Source of the DNA: an uncultured Patescibacteria group bacterium
GTDB taxonomy: Bacteria > Patescibacteriota > Microgenomatia > UBA1400 > PJMF01
Length of the DNA: 64,000 bases
Assembly: GCA_905478415.1 (NCBI GenBank)
Contig: CAJQIG010000004.1
Span: 267,523-331,522 of the forward strand
Reading direction: 5' to 3'
Shown: in pieces, positions 1 to 10,142 of the stretch
Layout: the number at the start of each line of letters is the position of its first letter
Numbering within the stretch: position 1 is the stretch's first letter
Position numbers and translations under genes: made by a program
The notes under the pieces: generated by a model
The model's input: only the letters and a program-made list of their open reading frames with translations
Databases searched by the model: none
Told to the model about the DNA's origin: nothing

Positions 1-80
1 TTAAGAGCGTTAATGAGAAGTCGCGTCCCAATCGAGTTGTACCCATCATCACCGGTGAGGAGAATAGATTTTATCTTCAT
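1..80 (-). CDS. surE: 5'/3'-nucleotidase SurE, N-terminus (gene continues beyond window start)
   Basis: Manual translation from ATG at 80: MKIKSILLTGDDGYNSIGTRLLINAL, matching the SurE N-terminal ILL(T)xDDG motif; not in the ORF track. Confidence 0.75.
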   Translation of the reverse strand, partial: MKIKSILLTGDDGYNSIGTRLLINAL

Positions 81-107
81 AGGGTACGCTTTCTCTGGAA
101 AAATATA

Positions 108-977
108 TTACAACTGTTGATCTCTTAGTTTCTCTAACACCTTGCGTTGTTGTCTATTCAGTTTTTCAGGAACAGAAATGATTAACCGCACATAGAGGTC
201 ACCACGTCCAGAACCTCGAACATACTTCACTCCTTCGCTTCTGAGTCTCACTAGCGTCTGTGAAGGCGTACCAGGCCGAATTTTCAGCTTCAGTTTGCTG
301 TCTAGGGTCTCAACTTCAGTCACCCCACCCAAAGCCGCCATACTAAACGTAATATCGTGATCTACAAAAACATCGTAGCCATCTCGTTTAAACCGAGGGT
401 GTGTCTTTACATTGATACTGATATCAAACTCAGAAAAACGAATTCTGGTACCATCATTGGCTCCAGCGGGAACTTTTATAGTGTGCTTGTTGCCATTGAT
501 CTCAACTTCTTTCTGAACTCCTGTGACCGCTTCCATAAACTCAATAGTGAGCGAGTATCGAGGGCGTTGCTGTTGTCGAGCAAAACCACCTCCAAAAAAT
601 TGTTCGAAAATATCGAAAGGATCTCCAAAATCTGCGTTAGCAAATGGATCTGCACCACTACTCGAAGAGTAACTATACGTAAAGGGACCTTGATTAAACC
701 CACCGGCAAATGGATTTCCACCGCCTCCACCCATACCACTCGAAGGATCAAAAGCTGCATGACCAAATTGGTCATAGGTTTGACGTTTTTTGGTGTCAGA
801 AAGGACCTGATATGCCTCGTTAATTTCTTTAAACTTAGTCTCGGCCTCTTCTTTTTTCTTGGGGTTTTTATCCGGATGCCACTTGAGAGCCTGCTTACGG
901 TATGCCGACTTAAGCTCTTTATCAGTTGCGGACTTAGTGACTCCTAAAATGTCGTAGTAATCTCGTTTCGTTGCCAT
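108..977 (-). CDS. dnaJ: DnaJ-class co-chaperone lacking the zinc finger
   Basis: J-domain with HPD motif, G/F-rich region, C-terminal domain (GDLYV); no CxxCxGxG repeats. Confidence 0.93.
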   Translation of the reverse strand: MATKRDYYDILGVTKSATDKELKSAYRKQALKWHPDKNPKKKEEAETKFKEINEAYQVLSDTKKRQTYDQFGHAAFDPSSGMGGGGGNPFAGGFNQGPFTYSYSSSSGADPFANADFGDPFDIFEQFFGGGFARQQQRPRYSLTIEFMEAVTGVQKEVEINGNKHTIKVPAGANDGTRIRFSEFDISINVKTHPRFKRDGYDVFVDHDITFSMAALGGVTEVETLDSKLKLKIRPGTPSQTLVRLRSEGVKYVRGSGRGDLYVRLIISVPEKLNRQQRKVLEKLRDQQL

Positions 978-1011
978 AGAAATGTATTCTAACAGTAAAA
1001 AGATAAAATGT

Positions 1012-1038
1012 TAAGCAGTTAAATAGATTGACTGCTAA
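1012..1038. promoter_or_regulatory. CIRCE-like HrcA operator upstream of dnaJ
   Basis: taagcagtt-N9-gactgctaa; overlaps a -35-like TTAACA (1014-1009) placed 17 nt from the -10 TAGAAT (991-986). Confidence 0.75.
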
Positions 1039-1059
1039 TATTGAGAGAGTAGTGTGAAA

Positions 1060-1689
1060 TTAGAGGATTTCGAGTGATACAACACTCTTGGTATCAAACA
1101 ACACATCCAGTATTGGCTCTGATAGCCCAATAGTAATATGGTCGGAAAGTTTTTCAAGAGCCATAATGGCAGTTAAATAGTAGAACTCGTCGTCAAAGTA
1201 TACCGTCAAAGCCACCGGTTGCCCTTTTTTCAAGCTTCTTCTCATCTTCTTAACTGTTGTAGCAGTAACAGTTCCCTTTTTAACAATTGGAACCGTCTCA
1301 TCATCCTCTCCTAAGAGGAGATAGAGGGGGTACTCCTCTTCTGAGCCAAGTACATAGATAGAAAGCTTGTCTCTAGCACCTCCATCGGCTTCAATCGTCC
1401 CTTCTTCACCCACATATCCAACCACGGTCACATAATACCCATCTGCTTTTTCATCCCTTCCAAAGAAGGTATTTGGGTACAACTTTGGGAGAATTGCAGC
1501 AAAAGTGGTTGTTCGTTCATTTTCGACGACAGTCACAGCATCTTGTGGTTCCTGTGACATAAAAGACTCCGTCCAAAGCTTGAGTCCTCCCAATAAAAAG
1601 ACTACGACAACAGCTATAAAAGCTAGTTTTGTGACTGGCTTTAAATCAGAAGCAGGCTTCGTTCTTGAAGTGGAGTGATCAGTACTCAT
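1060..1689 (-). CDS. Hypothetical single-pass membrane protein
   Basis: 209 aa ORF with an N-terminal hydrophobic helix; follows the 1308 aa gene in an operon. Confidence 0.75.
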   Translation of the reverse strand: MSTDHSTSRTKPASDLKPVTKLAFIAVVVVFLLGGLKLWTESFMSQEPQDAVTVVENERTTTFAAILPKLYPNTFFGRDEKADGYYVTVVGYVGEEGTIEADGGARDKLSIYVLGSEEEYPLYLLLGEDDETVPIVKKGTVTATTVKKMRRSLKKGQPVALTVYFDDEFYYLTAIMALEKLSDHITIGLSEPILDVLFDTKSVVSLEIL

Positions 1690-1707
1690 AGTGGCCTTTC
1701 GAAACGG

Positions 1708-4700
1708 TTAGTTAACCTCTTGCCAGACCAAACCAGGAGTCTTCATAAACTTAGGCAAGTTAACAACAAGATCAGGACGATAGACAAAGGTCGAGACTGG
1801 ATCAACGTTATTAATCGCATTTGTTAATGGATTAGAAGCATTCAAAAAGTCGCGATCAAGCGATACTCCACCAAGACCGACAAAGACTCCAGCTCCAATA
1901 AACTTTCGATCAGTAGTATTTGGGAATCCCAGGGCATCGTATCCTGCGATCACTAAGGAAGTATCAGCCACATACACACCTTCAAGGTTTGTATCTGTAG
2001 TTACCGGAACTGAGTTCGTAAAGTCTTTGGTATATCCTACAGATGCTTCAACGGTAATAGTGCCGTTCACAATAAAGGCTAAGAAATCACCGTCATCAAC
2101 ATTAACAATTTCGCCAATATCATTGCTATCTCGGATAGTCAGATTGCCATTAATCAGTACGACTGCCTTCGTTATGCCGGCCGGAAGCTCGATTGTCGTT
2201 GTTGGGTCGAGAGTGACAGATGTAGGGGCGTAGAAGATTTCTGCAGCATCATCAGGATCAACAGTACTGTAGGTGCTAAAGATATCGTTAGCCTCATCAA
2301 CTGATGATGGGACTGTATTCGTGTAGTCACTAGTTAAAATTTCTCTGACAAAGAAGTCATAGTTCTCATACGTAAGGTTGGTGTGATAAGTTCCTTCAGC
2401 TACCTGTTGGCTTCCAAGTGGTGTTCTGTCCGTCACATACCCCGTTAATGCTCCTGAGTTTATATCGCCACTTCCTGCCATAACTATTCCACCAGAGAAG
2501 TTAGAGCCACTGAGGTCTTGTGTGTCTACAAATGGCACACAAGCGCCACCGGCATTGTATTCATCAATACATGGCTGAGTTATCTGAGAAGCAATATTTC
2601 CAGTAGCTCCATAAACCAAACCGCCAACTGTCTGCCACCAAGGGCCATTGGTTAAATCATAGCGCTCAAGCCAAAAATTCACTCCTGTTTGCTGACTCAT
2701 GATATTACTATACGAACAGGTAAACGGATTACCAGGATTTGTTGGCGAAGGGCATTCACAGGCCCAAGCTTCAGATGGATCATTGTTAGTTAGATTGAGA
2801 CTCAAAGTCGTGCCAGTACCCCAAGCTGTTGAAGGATTGTAAGGAACATTCAGCACAGAGTAAGAAGCTGTTTGTGCTGAATCTGGTGTACCTCCACTAG
2901 CAGCTGAGAGTTGTCTTGTTGTCAAAGCAGGCAAAGCCACTGGAGTACCAGTTGGCCCACTGCAAATTCCAGCACCAGGGTTACCGTCTCCTTCGTAGAG
3001 TGTTCCCGACACATTAGCAACTAAATTAAGTGGAACATCTCTCCAAGTTGAGTGCTCTTGGTATCCTAACTGGACTTGGCAGTCATAGTTAGTAGCTCTG
3101 ACTGCAGCTCGTAGTTGATTGCTTTTGAGAATTTCAGGATTATATGGATAGCCTGGTGTTGCATCAAGCACCCCATCAAAGTTAGTATCAAACTCTGAGA
3201 AAGCCACTATTTTGCAGAAAATTCCTCCGGAACCGGCTCCGTACGTAGCACAACTATTTGCAATAGCTGTTAACTGAGCTGCTGACTTCTGAGCTCCAGC
3301 GTAGGTAATAAACGTCCAGTAGTTGGTAAGTGGTTGACTATTCTCTTGCCAAGTAAATGGCACATTTCCTGGGTTTGTCGACATATTTCTTGTTCCTGTT
3401 GGAATCAGGCTTGAAACAGGGGTTGGAGCTCCACAGAGTGGGGCAGTTACCTGGAGAGTAGTATTATCTTGACTACTACAGGAAGCCCAGCCTGAGCATG
3501 TTACAGAGCCACCTTCATAGGTACAGTTCGGATTTCCCGAACAACGTTGCGGATCTGTTGGCAAGTCACAGTGCAGCTTGTAATCTCCGGCAGGTAAGTC
3601 GGAAATAACTGTTGAGGACGAACAACCCGTCGCATCTCCGGTCATACATCCACCAAGATCCACATCTGGAGTAACAACTTCTTCGATATCAACATTAGCT
3701 AAGTAAAATGGTTGGTTGGGGATATCATCGGAATTATCACCATCGTTATTATAGTCATTTCCAGTAAAGACGATGCGCAACCGATCAATGTATCCATTTG
3801 ATGGCATAGTACGAGTGTAGGAGTATGTTTGTTTCTGCCAAGTCATGTTTGGTGGACCAATCCAGACATCAGAGTTCCAACCATTATTAGTATCAAAGTA
3901 AATCTGGTGAAATTTGTCCGGGTTAACATGTGTTTTTGCCGAGAATGTTAACTTGAACGTTTTACCACTAATATCCTCGCCAAAATCAATCCAACTGGTA
4001 GCAATATGTCGGTACGTCATACGCCAATTTTGTAACTGAACCGTCCAGTCACCCCCATCATTAAACACGTTTGCATCGAGGCCATCACCTTTTTCCCAGC
4101 CAGTAAAGTTGCCAGTATTAAATGAGTTATTCTCAAATTGAATGGGTGATTTATAAATATAATAGTGCCGTCCAGAAGAACTGGCATGAATTGTTCCAGC
4201 AGGAGTAAATGGCTGATTCGAAGCATCAAGTAGCTGAGTGTAGTCTGATTTTGCCACAACTAAACGAGCCGGCTCCGCTCCAGGAGCACCTGAATATGCC
4301 CAACTCGAGGCTGTGACACTATCACCTTGTTCTATAGTTGGGGAAGAAACACTGACTGTACATTGTTTATTATAATCTGGAATTAAGCCAATCATTTTTA
4401 ACCCAGCATTACATCTAGTCCTATTGTAACTAGTCGTGACACTTTCAGTAAATGAAGTGTTCCCACCATAACTTCCAGGACTCATGAGCCAGCCTGATGG
4501 CAAGGTAACATCAATATCTTTAGTACCTGTGCTCTTTGTGGTCACATAGACATACCCATTTCGCATATTAGCATTACCTCCCGAACACAGTGCTGGATTA
4601 CTTCCACAAACAATACCATCTGTCTCGCCATAGCTGCTACAGCTACCATTACCACTCCAATGACACTCACTGCAAGTTTTCGGTGCAGTGAAGCACTGGT

Positions 4701-5634
4701 CTCCATATTCCTGCCCTTCCCATCCCCAATAGTTGCACTCTGTATCTCCGTCGCCATCACAATCTCGAGGTCCCATGTCACAGGTACTACCACTAAATTC
4801 TGAGTTCTGAATATTACAAGTTGCACCCAACTCATTATTTTCAAGATAAAGTTTCACACCAGGTACAACCATTGTATTTGTGGTGTTACAACTGCCATTG
4901 GGATGGATGCGTCGTTCACCACTGTTGTAATCCCAGACACCATTTTGGTTGACATCTTCAAAAAAGGTAAAGGCAATCTTGCCTCGATCAACTTGCACAG
5001 CACAGTTACCACACTGACACTGAGTTGCCCCAGCAGCCTGACAATCTGCTTGTGTATTAAAGTTGCTACACCAACTTGGCCCCGTTGCACCATACCAATT
5101 ACCAGTACAGTTGCCTGGATCTGTTGATGGAGAAGGGTCTGGACTGGGATCTACTGCTCCACCGACCCAACAATCACGCACATCTGCTGGCGCAGTACTG
5201 GTGGAACAATCTTTTCCACCACTTAAACTCTGACACTGAATCGCATAAATCGTGCCTTTACAGGAAGACGGACTATTATCAGTACAATTAACACTTCCTT
5301 CTGTCTGCACACATTCTTTGGCAAAACCACCACTACAAATTTCTGAGCAGGAGCCACCGGTACAACTGTCTAAACAGTCTCCTTGGTTATCAAATCCACT
5401 CTGCCCTGTCGTTGAGCATGTCCAACTTGGCACATCCCCACTCTCCCAGTTAAAACAAAGTCGAGAGTTAGTCTGGCAGGTAAATTGATTGTACTTGAGG
5501 GTATACCCGCAGCATCCAGGCTCCCAACATTGAGCAGCTTTGACTAAGTTACTTGCTCTCCCCGTAAAGAGTAAAAAGCTTGTAGCTATCAGGGCGGTGG
5601 CAAGTAGAAGGGTCAGCGTAATTCTTTTGATCAT
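1708..5634 (-). CDS. Large secreted cysteine-rich surface protein with a carbohydrate-binding-module-like central domain
   Basis: Signal peptide, many Cys/Gly-rich segments, CBM4/9-like start (FENNSFNTGNFTGW), beta-rich C-terminal domain ending in WQEVN. Confidence 0.8.
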   Translation of the reverse strand: MIKRITLTLLLATALIATSFLLFTGRASNLVKAAQCWEPGCCGYTLKYNQFTCQTNSRLCFNWESGDVPSWTCSTTGQSGFDNQGDCLDSCTGGSCSEICSGGFAKECVQTEGSVNCTDNSPSSCKGTIYAIQCQSLSGGKDCSTSTAPADVRDCWVGGAVDPSPDPSPSTDPGNCTGNWYGATGPSWCSNFNTQADCQAAGATQCQCGNCAVQVDRGKIAFTFFEDVNQNGVWDYNSGERRIHPNGSCNTTNTMVVPGVKLYLENNELGATCNIQNSEFSGSTCDMGPRDCDGDGDTECNYWGWEGQEYGDQCFTAPKTCSECHWSGNGSCSSYGETDGIVCGSNPALCSGGNANMRNGYVYVTTKSTGTKDIDVTLPSGWLMSPGSYGGNTSFTESVTTSYNRTRCNAGLKMIGLIPDYNKQCTVSVSSPTIEQGDSVTASSWAYSGAPGAEPARLVVAKSDYTQLLDASNQPFTPAGTIHASSSGRHYYIYKSPIQFENNSFNTGNFTGWEKGDGLDANVFNDGGDWTVQLQNWRMTYRHIATSWIDFGEDISGKTFKLTFSAKTHVNPDKFHQIYFDTNNGWNSDVWIGPPNMTWQKQTYSYTRTMPSNGYIDRLRIVFTGNDYNNDGDNSDDIPNQPFYLANVDIEEVVTPDVDLGGCMTGDATGCSSSTVISDLPAGDYKLHCDLPTDPQRCSGNPNCTYEGGSVTCSGWASCSSQDNTTLQVTAPLCGAPTPVSSLIPTGTRNMSTNPGNVPFTWQENSQPLTNYWTFITYAGAQKSAAQLTAIANSCATYGAGSGGIFCKIVAFSEFDTNFDGVLDATPGYPYNPEILKSNQLRAAVRATNYDCQVQLGYQEHSTWRDVPLNLVANVSGTLYEGDGNPGAGICSGPTGTPVALPALTTRQLSAASGGTPDSAQTASYSVLNVPYNPSTAWGTGTTLSLNLTNNDPSEAWACECPSPTNPGNPFTCSYSNIMSQQTGVNFWLERYDLTNGPWWQTVGGLVYGATGNIASQITQPCIDEYNAGGACVPFVDTQDLSGSNFSGGIVMAGSGDINSGALTGYVTDRTPLGSQQVAEGTYHTNLTYENYDFFVREILTSDYTNTVPSSVDEANDIFSTYSTVDPDDAAEIFYAPTSVTLDPTTTIELPAGITKAVVLINGNLTIRDSNDIGEIVNVDDGDFLAFIVNGTITVEASVGYTKDFTNSVPVTTDTNLEGVYVADTSLVIAGYDALGFPNTTDRKFIGAGVFVGLGGVSLDRDFLNASNPLTNAINNVDPVSTFVYRPDLVVNLPKFMKTPGLVWQEVN

Positions 5635-6224
5635 TTGTGGACAACAACGTTAGAAATAAATCCCCAGAATACTTTCATATCTTCTGGATCTTTTCCAGAA
5701 TTTAGGGCTTCTTGATACTTGGTGAAAAGGTCTTTTTGCTGTTCGAAGACAGCTAGTTGATCTGAAAAGAAGAAAAGTTGGACACTCACTCGAGATCCTT
5801 CGGTCAGTTGTTTAATAAGTTCTGAGGTTGGATACGTCTGTCCAAGTACTTCCCCTACTTCTGTTTCTGCCAAAGCCTTATCGGTAACCAAGTGATGGCG
5901 GTAATTATCAGGACCTAAACTTACCAAGATTGCTTCTTTACCCCCATCAGGCTGAATATGTAGTAGTGTTTCTTTGGGAAGGTACTCATTCCCCGTTTCA
6001 GTATTGACCTCGATCTGAGTTAGAGTACCACTCAAGACAATTTTAGGTTCTGGTTGAGTTGAATCAAAAGTAACGAAACCTTGCTGCTCAATTCCTCCTT
6101 GTTGAGTACTGCTTGAGTTGAAAGTAGCTAACTGACGACTGCGAAAGAAAAAAAGACCCAATAAGCTCACCACTATCACAAATAGCAACACAAGAACAAT
6201 TGGTCTCTGGTTTTTTTGAGGCAT
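5631..6224 (-). CDS. Hypothetical single-pass membrane protein
   Basis: 197 aa, N-terminal TM helix; stop overlaps the next start (ATGA). Confidence 0.75.
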   Translation of the reverse strand: MPQKNQRPIVLVLLFVIVVSLLGLFFFRSRQLATFNSSSTQQGGIEQQGFVTFDSTQPEPKIVLSGTLTQIEVNTETGNEYLPKETLLHIQPDGGKEAILVSLGPDNYRHHLVTDKALAETEVGEVLGQTYPTSELIKQLTEGSRVSVQLFFFSDQLAVFEQQKDLFTKYQEALNSGKDPEDMKVFWGFISNVVVHK

Positions 6225-6271
6225 CTCTACCTTATATAGTAGTACAGAATGCCTAGTGAATGCAAGAATGG

Positions 6272-6297
6272 AAAAGCCCCCAGCTTGTGGGGGCTTT
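6272..6297 (-). terminator. Intrinsic terminator after lipoprotein A
   Basis: aaaagccccc-agcttgt-gggggcttt hairpin. Confidence 0.75.
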
Positions 6298-6325
6298 CAT
6301 TACTACTTATTTTTAACTATTTGAA

Positions 6326-7300
6326 CTATTCAAGTACTATTATATCTGCTAAAGGAGGATGTCCCGTTTCTGTGCCTACTTCAAAATTTCCTCCAGTTGT
6401 TAAAACATCCATCAATGTTTGAACTGAGTCTGCATGAGGAGCATTTGCCGGAACATTCACAGTGTCACGACCATATGTCCAACCATTTGATCCTAAGTAA
6501 TACCCAGCTGCTATAAAATTAGCATCTTCTTGTGCAAACCTATCAACTGAGCAATCTCCTCTAGAACCAAACACCTGATATGACGGACTGCCTTCTGCTA
6601 CACCATTTAGGTTTTGGCAGGTTGTGTTATCAAACGGTAGTTCTTGTACAAACGAGATTACTTGTCCATTTTTATCAACTCCATACATCTGGACATATAT
6701 AACTTGCTCAACTTTATTCAACTGAGTAATATTAAGTTCTCCATAACCAACTACTTTTCCAACTGTATATAATCTTTTATCAGCAACTGGACCAGCGTCA
6801 CCTTCATTTGGATTTAAAATCCAACTTGTGCCTGCTACATTGATACCATTTGCTTCAGCTGCCACTTTGAAATCTGCTTCAGAAGCAAAAAGACTTGTAT
6901 CTACAGCTTCAGGAAAACCTCCTTTAGTAATTGTTGAGATAATATATGCAGGTCTAAACCAAACATCAGCTGGGTTAGGAACCTCAGTGCTTGCTAATCG
7001 TGAAATTGACTCGCCATCCCCACGATCCACTACTGGAAAGGCAGAAATTACTTCTACCTTCTCGGCGGTTGCAGTAGGAGTTTGAGTTTCTGTCGCAACT
7101 GGCGTTGGCATAAGAGTCGGCGTTTCAGTTGCAACAGGTGTTTCAGTCAATACCACTGTGGGTATTTCTGTTGCAGGAAGGCTCTGCTCAATACTCACTA
7201 TTGTTGGAACAACAGTACTTTCAGCTTCTACCTCAACCTGACAACCCATCAAAACAAATATCAGACTTATAAACAAGATAAACACCATGTGTCTTTTCAT
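6326..7300 (-). CDS. Putative lipoprotein A (Pro/Thr-rich linker plus shared C-terminal domain)
   Basis: Lipobox-like VLMGC, PT-rich repeats; C-terminal ~240 aa paralogous to the neighbouring gene. Confidence 0.8.
   Translation of the reverse strand: MKRHMVFILFISLIFVLMGCQVEVEAESTVVPTIVSIEQSLPATEIPTVVLTETPVATETPTLMPTPVATETQTPTATAEKVEVISAFPVVDRGDGESISRLASTEVPNPADVWFRPAYIISTITKGGFPEAVDTSLFASEADFKVAAEANGINVAGTSWILNPNEGDAGPVADKRLYTVGKVVGYGELNITQLNKVEQVIYVQMYGVDKNGQVISFVQELPFDNTTCQNLNGVAEGSPSYQVFGSRGDCSVDRFAQEDANFIAAGYYLGSNGWTYGRDTVNVPANAPHADSVQTLMDVLTTGGNFEVGTETGHPPLADIIVLE
6498..6657. repeat. 160-bp exact direct repeat, copy 1 (copy 2 at 7668-7827)
   Basis: Base-by-base comparison; part of the ~720 bp duplicated 3' region of the two lipoprotein genes. 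Confidence 0.9.
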
Positions 7301-7440
7301 TGGTTATGTGAACTCCTTTTTTTTGAAATTAAAAATATTTATTAAAGATTTTACACTTACTTTGACTAAAAAGCGTTTCTTTAGCCTTGCAAGTGTGGTT
7401 TATTATAACATATATAGGCTAAAATAATCCTTATTGTATC

Positions 7441-7468
7441 AAAAAGCCCCCGTATGAAGGGGGCTTTT
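7441..7468 (-). terminator. Intrinsic terminator after lipoprotein B
   Basis: aaaaagccccc-gtatgaa-gggggctttt. Confidence 0.75.
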
Positions 7469-7495
7469 ATTAAAAATTATTTTTAACTGTTTAAA

Positions 7496-9079
7496 CTATT
7501 CAAGTACTATTACATCTGCAAGGGGAAGAGCTCCTGTTTCTGTATTTTGATCAAAATTAGCTCCAACCATAAGTGCATCAACAAAGTCTTGAGTTGCCGC
7601 TGCGTGAGGAGCGCTAGATGGAATCTTCACCGAATCAATATCATATGTTATTCCATTATTCCCAAGATAATACCCAGCTGCTATAAAATTAGCATCTTCT
7701 TGTGCAAACCTATCAACTGAGCAATCTCCTCTAGAACCAAACACCTGATATGACGGACTGCCTTCTGCTACACCATTTAGGTTTTGGCAGGTTGTGTTAT
7801 CAAACGGTAGTTCTTGTACAAACGAGAACGGATTCCCATTTTCGTCTACTCCATACATTTGAACATATATAACATCCATAGTCATGGTGGCAGATTTATT
7901 TGTAGCCTCACCATAACCAACTACTTTTGCAACTGTATATAATCTTTTATCAGCAACTGGACCAACGTCACCTTCATTTGGATTTAAAATCCAACTTGTG
8001 CCTGCTACATTGATACCATTTGCTTCAGCTGCCGCTTTAAAATCTGCTTCAGAAGCAAAAAGACTTGTATCTACCGCTTCAGGAAAAGTTCCCTTAGTTA
8101 TATTATGATATGCAGGTCTAAACCAAACATCAGCTGGGTTAGGAACCTCAGTGCTTGCTAATCGTGAAATTGACTCGCCATCCCCACGATCCACTACTGG
8201 AAAGGCAGACGTGGCTTCAACTTCTGGCGCAAGCCAAGTAAGCGTTTCAGGAGCAAATGTTGCAAAAATGTCACCGGTGTCTAGATCTACTGCGGAGATC
8301 GAACCATCGAGGTTTTTGATGACTTGCCAGTACTCAATGCCTTGCGCTTCGGCTAGGTTTTCGAGAACTTCGAGATAACTGAGTGGAACGGATTCACCAT
8401 CCAAAATGTTAGGGGCAAAAATGAACTTTCCAGAACCATCAACAGCCTCCCAGAATAATGGAGCGGTTGAAAGTGTGGCTAAATTGCCTTCTCCATCAGT
8501 AAGGTTGTGAGATATTGCTCCTCCCTGATTGATGTTGATCCCATCTTTACCATCAAAAAGGATGGCACTAACTATTTGGTACTCACCAGCTGCGGTGTCA
8601 AAAACAACAGCATCTCCGGTACCATATGTTGATTCACCGTAATCAGCAGCACCTAAATAGGCAAGTTGAGGAGATACAACAATAAAATTTTGGTCGGAAG
8701 CAAGGCCCAACTCTTGTAAGTAGATAATAATAGCATTCACTTGTTCCCCAGAAAGTTGATACTGCTCAGCGACGACATCAAGTCCTACGATTTCTGATGG
8801 AATTCTTGTTGCCTCTGCTTCAGGTTCTGTCTGCGGAGTTTCTGTTGGTAGTGGAACTGGAGAAGCTTCTTCTCCTTCGGTTTCAATTGGATCTAAATCG
8901 TCTGGTGGATTACCTGCAGCGCCTTCTTCGGCAGGATCTGCGGGGACAGTAATAGTAGGACGAACATCGGTTATGCCTGGTTCTGAACCTGGGATTGGCG
9001 CACAAGCTGCGGCTAGTAGTAAAGCAGCAAACCAAACATTTCGCAAAGTGTTATTGACTCGTATTTTTTCAACTGACAT
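7496..9079 (-). CDS. Putative lipoprotein B (acidic N-terminal domain plus shared C-terminal domain)
   Basis: Start refined to MSVEK (9079); lipobox-like LAAAC; C-terminal domain paralogous to 6326-7300. Confidence 0.8.
   Translation of the reverse strand: MSVEKIRVNNTLRNVWFAALLLAAACAPIPGSEPGITDVRPTITVPADPAEEGAAGNPPDDLDPIETEGEEASPVPLPTETPQTEPEAEATRIPSEIVGLDVVAEQYQLSGEQVNAIIIYLQELGLASDQNFIVVSPQLAYLGAADYGESTYGTGDAVVFDTAAGEYQIVSAILFDGKDGININQGGAISHNLTDGEGNLATLSTAPLFWEAVDGSGKFIFAPNILDGESVPLSYLEVLENLAEAQGIEYWQVIKNLDGSISAVDLDTGDIFATFAPETLTWLAPEVEATSAFPVVDRGDGESISRLASTEVPNPADVWFRPAYHNITKGTFPEAVDTSLFASEADFKAAAEANGINVAGTSWILNPNEGDVGPVADKRLYTVAKVVGYGEATNKSATMTMDVIYVQMYGVDENGNPFSFVQELPFDNTTCQNLNGVAEGSPSYQVFGSRGDCSVDRFAQEDANFIAAGYYLGNNGITYDIDSVKIPSSAPHAAATQDFVDALMVGANFDQNTETGALPLADVIVLE
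7668..7827. repeat. 160-bp exact direct repeat, copy 2
   Basis: Identical to 6498-6657. Confidence 0.9.
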
Positions 9080-9397
9080 AAGACAGTCTCTTTCTAAGGA
9101 ACCCATATTTACATGTATTGTGGTATATGCTATTGTTGTTACTTCTTGTGAAGTTAGCCATGTGCATATACTTTTTGCTATGGGCTCTTTGCTTTCTTAT
9201 ACATTCTACATAGAGTCTTATAATAATGCAATACGTAACCGATGCGTATATGTTATGAGACCTGGTAGAAAAAGATTTTGAGTGATATACTCCCATAACA
9301 ATTTTTATGGTGAAAAAGAGACCTTTCTCCTCGTCCATTACTTCTAAAAAAATATGAAAAAAAATACTAACGAATGTTTTAAGTTATCACTATAAAA

Positions 9398-9424
9398 ATT
9401 GGGCTGCTATTACGGCAGCCCAAT
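9398..9424 (-). terminator. Intrinsic terminator after the methyltransferase
   Basis: attgggctgc-tattacg-gcagcccaat preceded by an A-run on the + strand. Confidence 0.7.
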
Positions 9425-9449
9425 ACAAAATAATAATCAAGCTTCTTAG

Positions 9450-10142
9450 TTATCGTTCAAAAAAGAACACCCAACCTCGATTGATTCGATCAAAGGTTTT
9501 TGCCAATTGGTTGTTGTGAACCCAGCCAAGCTGACTGAACCTCTCAATCCACCACTCTCGGGTCACAATAATCCGATGGGTTGGATCACACACAATTTGA
9601 TGGAACAGCTCCCAATTGGTCAACGACTCCCAGGTGGGAATAATCAGATAGAGCTGAGTTTTGACTACTCGACTAATTTCAGCCAGAGCAAGATCAAGTT
9701 CAGCTGGCACCAAGTGCTCTAACACATGGAAGCTATACCCCGACTCAAATCGGGCTGTTTCAAATGGCAAAGAGGTCAAAGAAGCCTCATACAAAAAAGG
9801 ACGCGTTGCTTGAAGCGATAACTCAGAGATCGCTGTCCTTGAGATATCTACTCCACAAACGTCTTGCGCGCCACTCCGGCGTAACCCTTCAACAATATAT
9901 CCAGGACCACAACCGATGTCTAACACCGGTTCAAAAAGATGTTGACGAATATTTAAAACAGCATCCCGATACTTCAGGATACGCTTTTCAAAATCATATC
10001 CATCAACATATGCTACATGTTCTGTTGAAAAATAGGCTTCACAGTACCGCGCAGGATCTACCTGTGCAGTACGGACTAAGCCTACTTCTTCTTTAAAAAA
10101 CGGAATATCTTCACTGGCTAACCACTGGCGACTGAAACTCAC
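9450..10142 (-). CDS. Class I SAM-dependent methyltransferase
   Basis: VLDIGCGPG motif I, GVDIS, LPF...HVLEHL; GTG start with an AAGGAG SD. Confidence 0.9.
   Translation of the reverse strand: MSFSRQWLASEDIPFFKEEVGLVRTAQVDPARYCEAYFSTEHVAYVDGYDFEKRILKYRDAVLNIRQHLFEPVLDIGCGPGYIVEGLRRSGAQDVCGVDISRTAISELSLQATRPFLYEASLTSLPFETARFESGYSFHVLEHLVPAELDLALAEISRVVKTQLYLIIPTWESLTNWELFHQIVCDPTHRIIVTREWWIERFSQLGWVHNNQLAKTFDRINRGWVFFFER

Noticed and set aside
6326-8209. Diversity-generating retroelement (TR/VR pair) explaining the lipoprotein repeats
   Set aside because: Both copies are inside intact genes, the differences are not adenine-specific and include an indel, and no reverse transcriptase is in the window
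9069-9338. 89 aa ORF upstream of lipoprotein B
   Set aside because: AT-rich intergenic composition, no recognisable motif; cannot be supported
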